This document shows positions 27,901 to 41,800 of a stretch of 64,000 nucleotides of DNA, piece after piece. Every line of letters begins with the position of its first letter. Positions within the stretch are counted from its first letter, which is position 1. A program made the position numbers and the translations under genes. The notes under the pieces were generated by a model, which saw only the letters and a program-made list of their open reading frames with translations, did no database searches and had not been told where the DNA came from. Origin of the DNA: Schizochytrium sp. TIO01 (Eukaryota > Protista > Bigyra: Labyrinthulomycetes); assembly GCA_004764695.1 (NCBI GenBank), contig SMSO01000006.1, positions 1,317,859 through 1,381,858 on the forward strand. Direction: 5' to 3'.

Positions 27901-30900
27901 CCATCGTGATCATTATTATTATCTTAGGTAGTAAGTATGTGTGCTGGTACATAGTCGTGAGCTCACCTATTATTATTCATCCTGTCACTCGCAAAGGTTA
28001 GCATCATAGTGTTTTGAACCGGGTGCAATCTGTCAGGCTGACATCTGAAAGTTGAAAGTACCTACTAAGATAAATCAAAAGCAAGATTCAGGATTTCATA
28101 TTATACTTCACATATTTATCGGCTGCAGAGTGCCAGCCCGTGAATTCTCAACTACAAGTTGTTTCTTATGGAATTTAAATTTTTAAAAGAAACAACTAAG
28201 AAGTAGTAATGCCAGCTCGAGTTGTTGTCATTAAGATACCGATCCAACTAACACTGAGAGCTAAAACGAGCCTACTTGCAAATGAGAAACGATCTGTAGT
28301 ATCCGTCTAAATTTGGAGAGCAAAGAGCTACTTCGTTCTATTAAGCCGATGGTATGTACATGTAATTAGCACATTTTGATATAAATACGGCACTTTTGCT
28401 CCGTCTATCAAGGTCCTTCAAGTCAGCAGAATTGGAACCTAAGGAATGCAATTTATCAGTACGCTCCCTCCTAATAATGAAAATATCAGTGACATTTTCC
28501 TACTATGAACTGATCATAGAATATGCAACACGGCGCCATGTCTTCGTATGTTATATCAGAGATTTTATTTTTTGTGAGATAGAAAGATCCATTTCCATGG
28601 AATGTCATTAAGACACAAAGTAAGAACGTGAGTATGAATAAATAAATTACATAGAATACACTTTTCAATTTCTTGTTTGTGTTGATATGGGTAGGATGCA
28701 AGATTGCTTTAACAAAACATCTCAGAGAGAGTTGGAGCTAAACCACAACTGCTTTCATATTCCAATACTTTCCTAGTATTTAGCCAACTTCTAAGGTTCG
28801 ACTATTTTCTATCAAGGAGATATGGCATCCGCCTACGTTCATCTTGATGATATTTGCGATGTTGTATTAAGCAACCTAGTTTAGGCAATGCTTTATTATA
28901 TGCAACTGATCTTTCAAAATCTTCTCAAATTTCTGCTGCTAGAAGCTGCAGTCTTTTCTTATCAAAATGCATACTAGTTTTAATCCCCAAAGTTCTGCTG
29001 CATGAAACAAAAAGAAAATGTGAACTTAAAAAACTATACACAAACTGATCTTTTCCTATTCTTAATTTTGGCTGAATAGAATTACAGCTTTTTCTTCGTT
29101 GCACTAACCTCTTTGAAGTTCATCCCCGCATACCCTAGCAGGTACCTAAATAAGTACGCGCGTTGCGCACCCCCAACAGACTATTTGGTTGCAAGTAGGT
29201 ACCTAGAATACGATTCGATATCCCTCCGAGTGATTGTCACGCAGTACTGAATACGATGCTTGTCTAAATACCAATCTGTGCAGCAAGGTCACTTTCTTTC
29301 TTCTGACCCAGTCTCCCCTTGAGTACCCAAGCGCCATAGAGCACATTTGTTTTTCTCCATCTCGTGCCCAGCCTTCGTCAAACACAACCCTCCACTTAAA
29401 AGCCTGCCATCATCCTCGGACATGGTGGATGAAAGACCTCTCTTTCACTAAGATCGGGACCATTTTATACTTTAATATTATCGGTATGGATCATCAGGTG
29501 CCAAGGCGAGCCGTTCTTGGCCGATAACCACCTTAAATAGACCCCCAAAGTAATTGGGTTAACCATGCGTTTGTGCGTGTGTAAGGTGGACCCAGTACCG
29601 CGCCGTCATCTTGGACACGTGAGTAATTTATAATTGATGTATTGCGTTACGAACTCTCGGTCCCGCAGACTTCGACTTTAGACTCTCCACTTCGCTGGCT
29701 AAGCCAGTAAACTCGCTTAAGCGCTGGAGGTCTAGTACTGGCTGGTTTTCCTAACAAGGCGTCTTGACTTCTGTATTTGTAGTGAAGGCGAGTTGCTTAC
29801 GATGGCAATTCTGTAGTTTGCATGGGACCAATTGAAGTTGAGACACTTGCAGTAATGAATTGAGATGATGCAATCAACAATCGCTGCTGAAATGATATTC
29901 ACAACGAGACAATAGGTGCCTACCTACTTACCAGCAACCATCCATGCATCGAGCATGATCATCTAGATGCATGCACATATTCATTCATTCATTTATGCAA
30001 TCATTGGTGTATTTACTCATGCATACAAAAAACGTGACTGGACGAGACCCATAAGAATTGCTCGCAAGAGACCAAGCGCAGAAATCAGAGTTAAGACGCA
30101 GTAGACATAGTTAGTTTCACTCCATTTTAAGTTGTTTCTTTTCGAATACTTAAATAGCCATCGCGCATACTTCTAAAGTTATTCGCATGTTATCTATCCT
30201 CCATAAAAGTGACAGACAGTGAAAGTGAGAGCTAGTTTATAGTACCTAGTAGTAATCAATGTAACGAGAATGAGTGATCGTAATAAGAGAAAGAAAGGTA
30301 AAAAAAGGCAGAGCAAAACTGGTGTTGGAGCCTGTCTCCTTGGCGTCATCGGCGTCGTCTCTGAGGCGGAGGTGGTGGTGCAGACCAAGTCCACGGTGAC
30401 ACGGAGTCTGCGAGTGAGGCTCCATTCAACGGCCGCGTCTAGTACGAGGTCTTTGCCGCGAGGGTGGGTTCTGCAGTGAGGCGCGGCTTGGACATTGACG
30501 TCGGCGTCGTCTCGTTCTCTGAATCTTTCATTCACGAGTTCTCTCGTCCATACAAGCACGACCTTGAGCCTATTGGGCGCGAAGCGAACAACTAGTTTTG
30601 GCTACAACAGTCTCGTGGATTGCGACAAGAATTTTATAACGAACTGTGTGCGGGAATATCTAGCTGGTTTGCAAAAACAGAAATTGCCCAAGAGCACCTA
30701 GTCGGTCTTGGACTCTCGCGTGCCTAAACTTAGAACGTAGCTTTTTTGACGTGGATCTCACAAGAGCAAAATCTCCTATAGTTGCCGAATTGTCCAATAC
30801 AGGAAAAGAACACCTGCGTCTGGCAATATTAGTGGCACATTGTTGTTTCTTTGCAAGTGCTAAGCAAATCTGCAAAACGCTTCTGTTCACGGCACTGTTG

Positions 30901-30961
30901 AACTTGACGTTGTTACTGTTGCAAAATCGGACATCAGAACTTTGGTAATTGACTAATAACC

Positions 30962-32065
30962 ATGGGTCGTGCAGAACGTCGCAGTGGTCGCAATGAGGAT
31001 GATGATGAAAGCTCGCGTCTAAAGCGCTCCTCGAAGCGGAGCAAGACAAAGAGTCCGTCAAGTGCCTCGGGCTCTGGCTCAAGCAAGCGCAAAAAGCCTC
31101 TTCTTGTTAACAAAACCGTCGTAGGGATGTCAAGATTTTTTCCCCGTGGTTCGGACCTCATCTCGCTGGCCGGATCATTCAAGGTGGATCCGGTCGGAAC
31201 CTCAAAGCGAGTCTGCAAAAAGCTGGTGCTCTATATCTGGCTCCTTGCTGTGCTTATCGCCATTCTCAATCTCGTCGGCTTTGACATTAACCCGCTTAGT
31301 GGCTCGAGCAGAAGCCTTTCCTCTGCAGATGGCGGTGTCATGGATTCGGTAATGCCCGGCTTTCTACGGGGCCAGGCAATTGCGAATTCTGACGCTAGAG
31401 CCAGCCATGCTGGAGGAGATGATGATGACGAAGATGGCGGCGAAGGCGGCGAAGGTGGAGGCGGTGGAGGCGGTGAAGATGATGCCGTCCCAGAAATGCA
31501 ATCCTTTGAGGCTAAAAAGCCCGTCAAACTCAACAAAGCGAAGGAAAAAGAGCTTGCCTGTAAAATGGAGGACTGCATTACCTCATGCAATAAAAAGATC
31601 ACATCGAAATGTGCTGCCAGAAAGACCTGCAAAACAGACCGTGAAAAGGTTTGCCGCAAGCGCTGCATGAAGGCTCGCTGTGAAGAACGTTGCAAGGATG
31701 AGCCGCACTATGGTTATGTCGAACGTGAACAAAAAATGGATAAATGCAAAGAAGGTTGCCAGGGCAGCACAGCACAGCACAACAAGTGTATTAAAGCTTG
31801 TCATGCTGCATTTCAGCCTTGTAAGTCGCGCTGCCACACAGTCTCCAACCGCTACAAGTGTGACCGCATCGATGACAGTGCCCCGCCCCCGCCCCCAGGT
31901 GACGACATGGATGATGAGTCTGCAATGGAGAGTGAATCTGCATCAGATGATTCCGAGTCATCGTCATTTGATGATGGAGAGGAAGAATCCTCCTCGAGTG
32001 CCAGCTCAAGTGGAGGAAGTGGTGGAGGAGGAGCATTCGATGACTTCGATGACGAAGTTATCTAA
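30962..32065 (+). CDS. Single-pass membrane protein with CX3C-repeat cysteine-rich domain
   Basis: 367-aa ATG ORF; basic N-terminus, TM helix LVLYIWLLAVLIAILNLVGF, 16-Cys domain, acidic tail. Confidence 0.85.
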   Translation: MGRAERRSGRNEDDDESSRLKRSSKRSKTKSPSSASGSGSSKRKKPLLVNKTVVGMSRFFPRGSDLISLAGSFKVDPVGTSKRVCKKLVLYIWLLAVLIAILNLVGFDINPLSGSSRSLSSADGGVMDSVMPGFLRGQAIANSDARASHAGGDDDDEDGGEGGEGGGGGGGEDDAVPEMQSFEAKKPVKLNKAKEKELACKMEDCITSCNKKITSKCAARKTCKTDREKVCRKRCMKARCEERCKDEPHYGYVEREQKMDKCKEGCQGSTAQHNKCIKACHAAFQPCKSRCHTVSNRYKCDRIDDSAPPPPPGDDMDDESAMESESASDDSESSSFDDGEEESSSSASSSGGSGGGGAFDDFDDEVI

Positions 32066-32999
32066 ACCCCAGATAGGTTAACCAACCTTTCGAAGGATGC
32101 CGAAGAGAAACTGTTTTTATAGTACCATGACTGGTCTCTTGGTTTCTTTTCTCAACCTTCGTTTGTTGTTATCACTTCATAAGAATAGCATACGTGGATC
32201 TTACTTCAACGATTAATGCGTGTCGACGCTTTTCAGCTCTTTCTCCCTCCCTGTTGCTACTATTTCCTGGATTCGTTGCTCTTCTCACGTCGTTCTCAGT
32301 CCTGGATTGACTTATTTAGCTTATGTTGACCTATGCAGGACCAATGTCCCACTCGCTTGACAATCACAATCGCATGCTCTGATTTGCATAAATGGTATTT
32401 ACAACACCTGAACAAAACATGGAGCCCGTGCACAATCACACAAATACACACAAAATTATGTGGCGATGCTCCTGTCTTTGAATTTCCCCATTTCGCTCAC
32501 TCCCACCGTAGTAGAGTTCTATTCAAATAGTCCAATATATGGAGCTTTTCTCTACAATTATGATTTTTGCAATTTTACTCGTTTCGATTTTTCTATTTGC
32601 CTATTACGAAGCCTCTGCAGTATGCACAGAGATGCTAGAGCGTATGCCCAAGCCAGTAAATGTTACTTAAACTTTCCCTTACAAATAGCCTTTTAGACTC
32701 ATATCTGTAGCATGATGTTGCCTGAGTTTAGTGAGCGCATTTGAATGTCAGGTTATTTTCTTTAATCAAAGGATTCATTTATGTGATGTTACGATTTATA
32801 AGAGGGACAAGTGCTAGTGATTTGTCAAAAATTAAGATAGCTGAAAATTATATGTTTTTTAATATAATAAGGATTTTGTGTTGGTCAATTTAATAAAAAG
32901 TGCAGCTTCTAGGCCTGTAAATCTTATATATTCTAGTATTCATTGGAGCAAAATACTTGCTGAAATTTTATATTTTAAAACATACGTATTTTTAATTAT

Positions 33000-34175
33000 T
33001 CATGAAGTTCTGCACGAAAGCCTTTTAGCAAACGAATCATCAAGGGAGCGCAACATGTCCAGCTTATGTTGTTTGGCGGCCTTTACCTTGTTGTAAGAAT
33101 CAGATCCGGGACGAGGGACATCAAACACAATGATAGGCTGTTCGCAGCGATAACGAAGCGAACACGTCGACGCATTAACATATAGACTCTCCCCATCATC
33201 CCACACTCCAAAGTCTTCGTGAATATGGCCAAAAACATGAGCAAGGGGCATCACTCGTGTTTTCATCTCATACAATAAATTCGGGCATCCTGCACGACTA
33301 CCACGGAAACATCGATCACCAAAACCGGCAGCAGGTCCATGGGTCAATAGAATGTCCGTATCCTCCGGGATCTTTTGCCAATGCTCGTAAATCTCCTCGT
33401 TGGGATCCATCTGAAACGCCCAGTTTGAAAACCTTGGAGTAACTGGCGAACCATATATCTTTAGCCCTTCGACCTCAACTTCAGTTCCGTTTAAATAAGT
33501 ATATTCTCCCTCCTCAACAAATGAGATTGCATCATCAACTGTCTCTGTTGGTGACAGGCTACGTGCAAATGTCTTCTCATTCTTTCTATAAAATTCCCGA
33601 TCAAGAGTGACATCATGATTTCCAGCAATGACCACTTTATTCTTATGCGGTTGCTTTTCCATCCACTCTCGAAACGCCCGCAGCTCCCGCATTGAGCCAT
33701 TTAGTGTCAAGTCTCCACAATTTACAAGCACGTCACCCTCAGGCAAGACCGCATCTTCCATCGAGGCGTACTTTCCGTGCATATCCGAAACACAAACAAA
33801 GCGAACCACATCTTCGCGCTCATACGTGAATCTGCTGCCCGTGCTCCCGTCATAGACGCGCTTCCCTAGAGGATGCTCCCGGTAAATTACGCCGCTGTAT
33901 GAACCTATGAGCTGTCTCGAAGGAGCCTCGGGTTTACCTTTTTGCACGTGCCTCGCAAAGAGTGCTCTGAGAGCATCAGCCTCAGATTTGCGATAATTAT
34001 CTGGCCTCGATACCTTACTTTTCCTCTTTCCATTACCTTCGCTTCCAGCAGAGACCAGATCACCACGAGAGTCATTGTTGCCTCTCTCTCCGTCTTCGTC
34101 CTGGAGGCTAGTGTGTGCCACGTGCAAGAAACCCTCGGTCACCTCCGATGCCTGCGAGCTAAAAAACGAAGACAT
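33000..34175 (-). CDS. Calcineurin-like metallophosphoesterase (MPPED1/2, 239FB-like)
   Basis: Motifs VCVSDMHG, GDLT, IAGNHD, LLTHGP, FGHIHE, NAS; first ATG at 34175. Confidence 0.93.
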   Translation of the reverse strand: MSSFFSSQASEVTEGFLHVAHTSLQDEDGERGNNDSRGDLVSAGSEGNGKRKSKVSRPDNYRKSEADALRALFARHVQKGKPEAPSRQLIGSYSGVIYREHPLGKRVYDGSTGSRFTYEREDVVRFVCVSDMHGKYASMEDAVLPEGDVLVNCGDLTLNGSMRELRAFREWMEKQPHKNKVVIAGNHDVTLDREFYRKNEKTFARSLSPTETVDDAISFVEEGEYTYLNGTEVEVEGLKIYGSPVTPRFSNWAFQMDPNEEIYEHWQKIPEDTDILLTHGPAAGFGDRCFRGSRAGCPNLLYEMKTRVMPLAHVFGHIHEDFGVWDDGESLYVNASTCSLRYRCEQPIIVFDVPRPGSDSYNKVKAAKQHKLDMLRSLDDSFAKRLSCRTS

Positions 34176-34648
34176 TTGTCGGTACGAATTCAAGCAGAAC
34201 GCTTAGTCCACTAATACCAGCTTGTCTCCTCTCGAATCTCGCCTCGCAAGCAATGCACCTCACGAGGACGCTTAGAGTTCTAATCGCAACTTCGCAAAGA
34301 TGTTCCTTACATTTATCTTCTGTGCCGTATTCTGAGCATCGAATCCCATTCTTTTTCATCTTATAAAGAGAAGGAACTCATTTACAAACTTACGAATTTA
34401 CTAGTGAGATCTTACAGGGACACGTAAAATACCAACAAGAACAGCACTAATGGAACGGGAAATGAAGCGACCCTTGTAAGGGCCGTCATAGAAATTTGCC
34501 TGTTACGATTGACATTACCACAACAAAAACTTGCGTGCGTGCATAAATATAGATTTGGACAAGGCTGCACGGAGCGAGGATTTCGAGGGAGGTATAAGGG
34601 ATCCTGGGGATGAGGTGAAAGCTGACATCGTGTTGTGTTATACTTGAC

Positions 34649-35710
34649 ATGCATACCCTTTCAGCAACCAGTTGTAGACTTGTTGGCGGAAGACGAGCTG
34701 CTCAGAACTGGAGATTTGAGCCACATTTTCGTCAAGAAATTGAAGATGTACATGGATTCATACAAGCATGTGAGCGTATGAAAGAACGAAGAGCACGCCC
34801 ACGTCCAGTGAAGATCCCTGTTAAAGAGCCCAAGCTAGTAGCACCACCAGTAACGCCGCAGAGGGAAGTGGTGGTGGTAGAAGCGAACGATCGCTTGCTG
34901 AGACGCGCACTTCTCCGACAGGTCTTTGGTGTCTGGCGTGAACAGTGCGAAAAGTTGAGACTTAGACCTCAAGTCACGCGAAAAGCTAATGTACAACGCT
35001 GGAAACTTATGCGAACATTTTTCCTCGCGTGGTATGCAGCTCTTCAAGAGAGACGAATGATGAGAGATCTCTTACGACGATGGGCCAAAGAGGCACACTC
35101 AATACGCGCATGTCATATGGTCGCACTAGAAACACTCTTCCAGGCACTCCTCAAATCCCTTCTTCGAACCGCACTTGAAAAATGGAATGCTTTTGTTGCA
35201 AGGTCTCGGGACCGAGAACTGTCGCTACAGAACTTGCGCCAAAAATGGATGGTTTGGAGAAAATTCGTACACGATGCACAGGAAGAGCGGCGCCAAGCTG
35301 CGTCTATGATGTATCAAATTATTTACAAGGGTGTCCTGAGACGGGCATTTGTAAGATGGATTTTGTTCTCACCGCATAAAGTTCGAGAGCGTCGCCCTCC
35401 TTGTGATTACGTAAGAGAGAACTTCCGTGCCTTCGAGACACCTCCCAGCACAAAAACGCAATACATTGTACGCCCTCCAACAAACTTGTCCTTCCACGAT
35501 ACCCCTTCTGAGATCCTCAAAATGCGGTTACATGATTCCTTTGGACTACTTGAGCGTCCCCAGTTTCTGTCTGCTCGCTTATCATCTGCATCACAACATT
35601 TCTACGAATTGTGGCATGAAGACGAGATTATTTTAACAAACTCATTTCGAAAAGACAGAACCCCACGTGCACGGAACCCCCACCGTGAATCGTCCTCATT
35701 TTGGATTTAA
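34649..35710 (+). CDS. Protein with Sfi1-like Trp-containing helical repeats
   Basis: 353-aa ATG ORF with repeated LL...F..W units (LLRQVFGVWRE, LMRTFFLAW, LRTALEKWNAF, LRRAFVRW); family call tentative. Confidence 0.65.
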   Translation: MHTLSATSCRLVGGRRAAQNWRFEPHFRQEIEDVHGFIQACERMKERRARPRPVKIPVKEPKLVAPPVTPQREVVVVEANDRLLRRALLRQVFGVWREQCEKLRLRPQVTRKANVQRWKLMRTFFLAWYAALQERRMMRDLLRRWAKEAHSIRACHMVALETLFQALLKSLLRTALEKWNAFVARSRDRELSLQNLRQKWMVWRKFVHDAQEERRQAASMMYQIIYKGVLRRAFVRWILFSPHKVRERRPPCDYVRENFRAFETPPSTKTQYIVRPPTNLSFHDTPSEILKMRLHDSFGLLERPQFLSARLSSASQHFYELWHEDEIILTNSFRKDRTPRARNPHRESSSFWI

Positions 35711-35882
35711 AATAACTTACTATTATTTACTATAAAGATTTTTAATACACAAACAGGTTTCCAACAAATAAGTCGCAAGACAATGGCTTACAGAGTGAGC
35801 GAAGTGACTTCAAAAATTAAAGATCTGAAAAATCGCATATTTTAGAAAAGAACCCTGAAACTCAGCTATCATGTTTATTAAT

Positions 35883-38800
35883 TTACAAGGGAATATTCTT
35901 TCCAGAAAGGTGAACAGCCCTTTCCAGGGGACCGTCCTCACCTTGTTTCCTATTCTTGTCTTTCGCTACCTTACGAACATACTTCTTGTCAATCTGTTGA
36001 GCCCATTCTTGCGCTTGAGCAGCAGCGCGGAATTGGTCTTCCATTGTGCGAAGATTTGCCTCGCGGCGGTCCACAGATGCTTGTTGGGCTGCAAGCGACT
36101 GAGCCTGAAGTAACTGTTGCTTACGTTCCCAAGCAAGGTGTGCCTCTTCGTTTTTTCGAGCCATTGCTTCTTGGGCCATAGCCCGAGCCATCTCTTTAAC
36201 TTCATCTCGGTGAATTCGTCTTTGACTATCAGTTCTGTCATGATCAGCAACCAACGAAGCATACTGACTCGTCATATGTTCGACGTCTTGATCCACCTCC
36301 TCAAGCCGGCGTTTAATATTATCCTGCACAATACGAACGTCTTGCTGCCATTCTTTGTTTTGCTTTCCTCCCTTTTGACGAGGTGTAGCTGGGGGCGCAG
36401 GCTGATGTGGCTTGTTCACCCCGCCCTTTGCAAATTGTTTGCCTTCATTTCCTTTGAAGACTCCTTCGGCATCTCGCTTCTCTTTCCCAATATCTACGTT
36501 TGTCGAGGCTCTCAGACCTGCAGCAGTAGCTCGTGGTTTTAGTGGATCCCTTCGAGGAACCCTGTCCAGCCAAGGCTGCGATGGTTCGGCAAGGAGCAGG
36601 GCTTCGTACAAAGTCTGATCAGGTAAACGTCGATTAGGGCGCTGTGAACCGCTTCTTCGCGCCCATCGGCGAATCTTACGTTGTTCGTCTCGCGTTGGTA
36701 ACCATCTTCGTTCACGAGCCATCTGCATCCACGGCCGTTCGGGGTGGATATCGAAGATTTGCTCAAATCGATTAGAGAATCGTCCTGAATTTTCGTATCC
36801 AAAGTTAACTTCGTCCAAGTCTGGAGGAAGTCCGTACTCGTTCAAGCCAATATCTTTGAGCCATCTATCAATTACGATTTGCTCGTCCTGAGACATCCAC
36901 ATTTTGGTTGGCGACTTTGGCCAATTGCCAAACCGCCGGCGCGACGGAGATCGCGGGGCTGGCGAAGCTCGTTTAGGAGAATCATCCATAGAAGACTCGC
37001 GATTTGAGCGAGAATAACCTTGATTTAAGTAAGCTACCCCATTTGGTTTTGTTGCTGTGGAATCTTCCACAGTGTCAACGTTTGACAATCGAGCATCACC
37101 CATACCTGGAATCTCAACAGTGGGGATTTCTTTTTCTAATTTTGTACCATTACCCCGACGTCGTTCAGGGTGGAACTCCTCACGAAAAGGTTTCCTGGAT
37201 ACACGTTTTGGTAATCCCTTTGGCGTCCTCTTCTGATTTGTAGTTCTAGCCTTTGAAGCGTCTTGCTCCGATTTCGTAGGCTCATGAACTGCAATGGCAC
37301 CACTTAAAAGAAAAAACCGACCAGCCTTGAAATCAGCGCTATCGTTCATTGCGAGTGAGTCAAAGACATCCATCTCCCAACCGCCACCAATACGAACACG
37401 AGTTTTGTTCATCACAGCTCTTACAGGTTCAACAGGAGCCTGGACTTTGACGAATTCTCCAGATGGTAAAACAGTTCCTAGTACACCCATGAAACAAAGT
37501 CGATAATAGCATTGATTGGACGGAGCATCAAGTCTTAAAGATACTGGAATCCCAACTTCGCCTTCTGATACCTTTTGCATAGACTCTACGTCGATCGAGC
37601 CTATATGAGTCCACGATTGATCACTCACTACAGCTCCAGGAAATGAGCTTACGGTTTCCGCCGAGGTCCCCTTCGTACTTGCATCTGTTTCGTTACTTTG
37701 CTGTTCGACGGCAAGTGGGGCATAGAACTGATGGCAGGTGCTTGTAGTTAAAGACCAGTTCACTTGATGAGGAGTATTCAACCGTTTTCGCAGCAACTCC
37801 TGGAGTCTGAGGCCGCCAACATCAGAAAATGTAGATCCTCGTATTTCAACATCAGTTGCAAGTAAGGTTGGCTCACTTCCGGAGATTCGCTCTGCTGCTC
37901 TTTTCTCCCCTTCTTGAGAACCTTTTTCAATCTCAAATTCATGGTGACGACCGTGTTGCCATACTCGCCCCTTGGCAGCAGACTTGTAAGCAGCACCGTT
38001 CAAAAGCTGAGCGCGTCGCTGAGCAAGACGCTCCTCTCGCTGGTTGTTTGAAATTGGTGCAACGTAAGCCAACAACCTACAATAAAGCTGAAGAACTAAG
38101 CGGCTTTTAGGGGTAGCGACAGGTGGTTTCTCTTGGCGTAAAATACGTATGTTGCCCATGCGAACCCCTGATTCGACCTCCCCGTCATCGTATCGAATTG
38201 TATAGCTTGTTTGCGCGTGATCTCCTCGATTCTCTTCAATTTTCATTATCTCTCCAGGGTACCACAGAGAGCCTCCACCGTACCTTACCTCAACAAGTGC
38301 ACCAACCTTCGCTTCAGCCATCGCTGGTGCTGCGCGACAAGCCTCTGTAAACTGCACGGCATCACCAGCTCCTTGAAGCAACATCCCTGGGGCATAACCT
38401 GAACACGCAGTGATGCTTTTGTTTGGCCCACTCAAATTCTTTTCATCATAGTCGGAGTCGGAGCCGGAGTCACTCTCCCAATGCTGCTCACTGGCAAGGC
38501 CTAGACCTTCAAGCATTGCAAGAGGGTCAACTCCATGTCTACGTCGATGCAAAAATGGTTGCAGAAAGTTGAAGAGATCCGATTCTCGAGCCTCGAGTCC
38601 AAGTTCATAAAGCTCATACGAAATTACTGACACAGGTACAGATCTTTGTCGCTCGTCTATTTTCTGCAGTAAAAGCTTTTCAAGCTGGCCCCGTTTCTTC
38701 TTCAAAAACATCTTGATGCGCCTATTCGGGTCTTGCTGTTCTTTTCCTTGTGCCCTGTAGACTTCATTCAAACGAATACGAGCCACTTCCGTGAGATCAT

Positions 38801-41800
38801 CAATGCATTGATTGACTTCGATGGTATCTGGGGCAAGAAAAATTTGCAACTCCTGAGAAGTAAGATCAAGCCTGAGCAGTAAGGCATCGCCCACACCAAA
38901 ACCATTCTTGCTGATTCGCGCAAAACGATTCATACTGCGCACACGCGATGCGGAATACCCACGACAAATCAGCTCCCCACGACTATTTACGCCAACAAAT
39001 TGATCTCGCCCGGAACGATCCACTGACGCGATACCCACGACGACATCATGGGACATGTGTTTAACAAAAACACGCCATACGTGGATTCCACCATCGAAGC
39101 TCGAGTCGCAACGAGCCAATTGAAAATTTGTCGGTATCTTAGTATCAGAAAACTTCGTAACAGACCCCGAAACACCTTTTGGGGTAGTACGACCCCTTTC
39201 ACTGCTTTCATTTTGTATTGGAACTTCCTCAATCCAATCAAGCGGAATAGATCTGATCTCGCCAGTGTTTTCGAAACGAACGTCATATGAACCATCTTTA
39301 TGATCGCATAATATCGACGCCTCATAAAGTGTCGCTCCTCCTCCATAGCGAACAAGGACATTGCTGTGCACACCTAGTTCGCGAGGTCCTGGCAAAGAGG
39401 GGATATTCTCAGATAAATCTGTTGTTTGTCCTTGCAAATTGACAAGTAAACTGGCCATGAAACCGTTGGCCGTGAAAGCCATATGAGTTGAGCTTAGAGC
39501 CTTAGAAAATACTGGATGATGAAACTCTGCGCGATTCATGCATTCGATGTAGAATCGTTTATAGTTGACACTCGACTTTCGACGGCTGTCTTTGATTCTT
39601 GATTGTAAAGTAAGGCGTAAAAGTCCTACATCAGCACTATCATACCCAAGAGCGAATAAAGATTCCTCGAATTCAAACAGAGTAAGTGTATCATCGTTTG
39701 TCTCGTCGCGAGACCGAAAGGTCTCTAAAACTGGCAACCCACTTCGAGCTGCCTGGCGAAGGAAGTCCATGACCCGCGCAAGCTCAGCTTCTATGGCCCC
39801 AGCAGATACTTTTGTACGCCCCGACGGCGATAAAGCCTGGAAATCCTCCGGTTTGTCAGTTATAAATCCTCCACTCGCCTTCGCCGGCAATTTTTCAGCG
39901 TTCTCATCTAGGTTCAGTCCACGAAGTACAACTTGAAATGCATCCGAAAGGGCCGGGCCCACATGAAGCCAGATGTCATGTTGGCGTGCAGCTTTTAGGT
40001 ACGTGCATGAGAGCTCGTTACTTTGCATCACAGCAGGGTCTGGATCTCCTGTTGTTGGCGCAGCAAGCCTTGCCTCGAAATAAGGGCCTGTACCCAGTGC
40101 CAACCAAGGTGGTTGTCTGACAGCCTCGATAGCAGCACGAAACTTTGTCAAGAGAGGGCCTCTGATGCGTAATTCCTGCTCAATCTCCTCATCACTTAAT
40201 TCTAAAAGTGTCTCGCCGTCAAGCGCGAGCGCCATAGCTTCTTCAATAGGTAATTCAAGACTAGACATTAACTGAACCACATCGGATGTTCCCCACTGGT
40301 TAATGGGCGCCTCGTTTGGACGAGGAAGCATTGTGTCATTCACTACAAGCCGCCGGTAGACACGATGATTGTGCGTTGCAGATGTGATATGAGTGTTGGC
40401 ATTGCCATGACGCGAGCGAGCTGAATAATGCAAGTACGCTGTACGAAAGAGCAGTGCCTGAAGAGCGATTTCGTTCTCCAGTCGGAGCTCTTCAAGAGCT
40501 TCCATAAGGTCAAGCTCAAGTAAAGCCTCTCCGTCAATACCTTGATGTTCGAAAGGTAAAGAGGGAAGGCCACATGCTGATGCAAACTTACTTACTTGCT
40601 TGACTGTCCATTCTTCTGGATCTCCATCACCTGCAACAAGACCAGGATCTAAGGCATCAACGCTAAGTAAACGAAGCAGTTCTCGTTTTACCTTGCGTGC
40701 GACGATGGTGCTACCCGTGCCAAGTACGGTAAGCATATCATGATCATTTCCAAGAGGGAAAACATAACATTCGGTCATACCCAAATGTGTTCCATGGCTA
40801 ATTCGACTTTGAAACCTAGTTAACCCGATGCTTTCGAGAAAATCCAAAACCCTAGACTGTGTCGAAAAAAACATAACGTTATTCAAACGTCCAAGAGCGT
40901 GCCGCGTGGCATTTTCTTCAACATTGCGTAGACGCTGAGCTTCTGCAGCCTCTTCTGCCCGTAGTGCTGCTTCCTCTGCCATGCGAGCGGCCGCCATTTC
41001 TGCTGCATGGATTCTCTTTGCTATCCGGAGTCTTTTTTCCATTGACTTTGCGGAGGTTGATGTAGATATATTTTGACGAGAATTCGAAGAGCTTCCTCGA
41101 AATTCTTCTATACTCGAGTTAGATGGTGAAACAGCAGTACCAACGGCTTGGTTAGAAGTTTCTTGTACAAATTTGGGAATAATGACGCGAGCTTTTCGAG
41201 CACAATAAACTTTTTCTTTGACTGCCGTGGCATTTCGTTGAATGAAACTCGCGTTATTCACACGAGCAGCATGTGCTCGCCGCTGGGCTTGCCATAAAGG
41301 TCCATGTGTCTCGATTTCTGACTCCACCTTGCATAGAATTGCTTCAACAGCATATCGTGCCACACTCTTTGCAGCACGACGAGTTTTTTCGGATTGTCGA
41401 GATCCAAATACTGCCTGCCAAGTCTGACGCTTTGCTTCAGCATTTTTATTTAAAGTGAGACCGGGTATTGCAGACCTTTTGATACCCAGGAATTCAAAAT
41501 AGTCAACCTGGCCATCTTTAGATTCGTCTAGAGTTTCTGTGAATTGACGAATCACCCTCGCGTCGAATTCCTCATGGTGCGCAAAGATATCAGAAATAGC
41601 AAGCTCAAACTCTTCAAGGCTGATGGTTCCGTTGTTGTCCATGTCAAAATGGCTGAAGACATCAGATGCTTTCACTCCACGTTTACCAGATTCCAGTAGA
41701 AAGCTTTTCAGTTCTCGGCGTAACTTTCGAACTTGCTGAACAATCTCCTCATCGCTTCGTGCATCTTTGGATACTGGAACTTCTGGGTTTTTTGCTGCAG

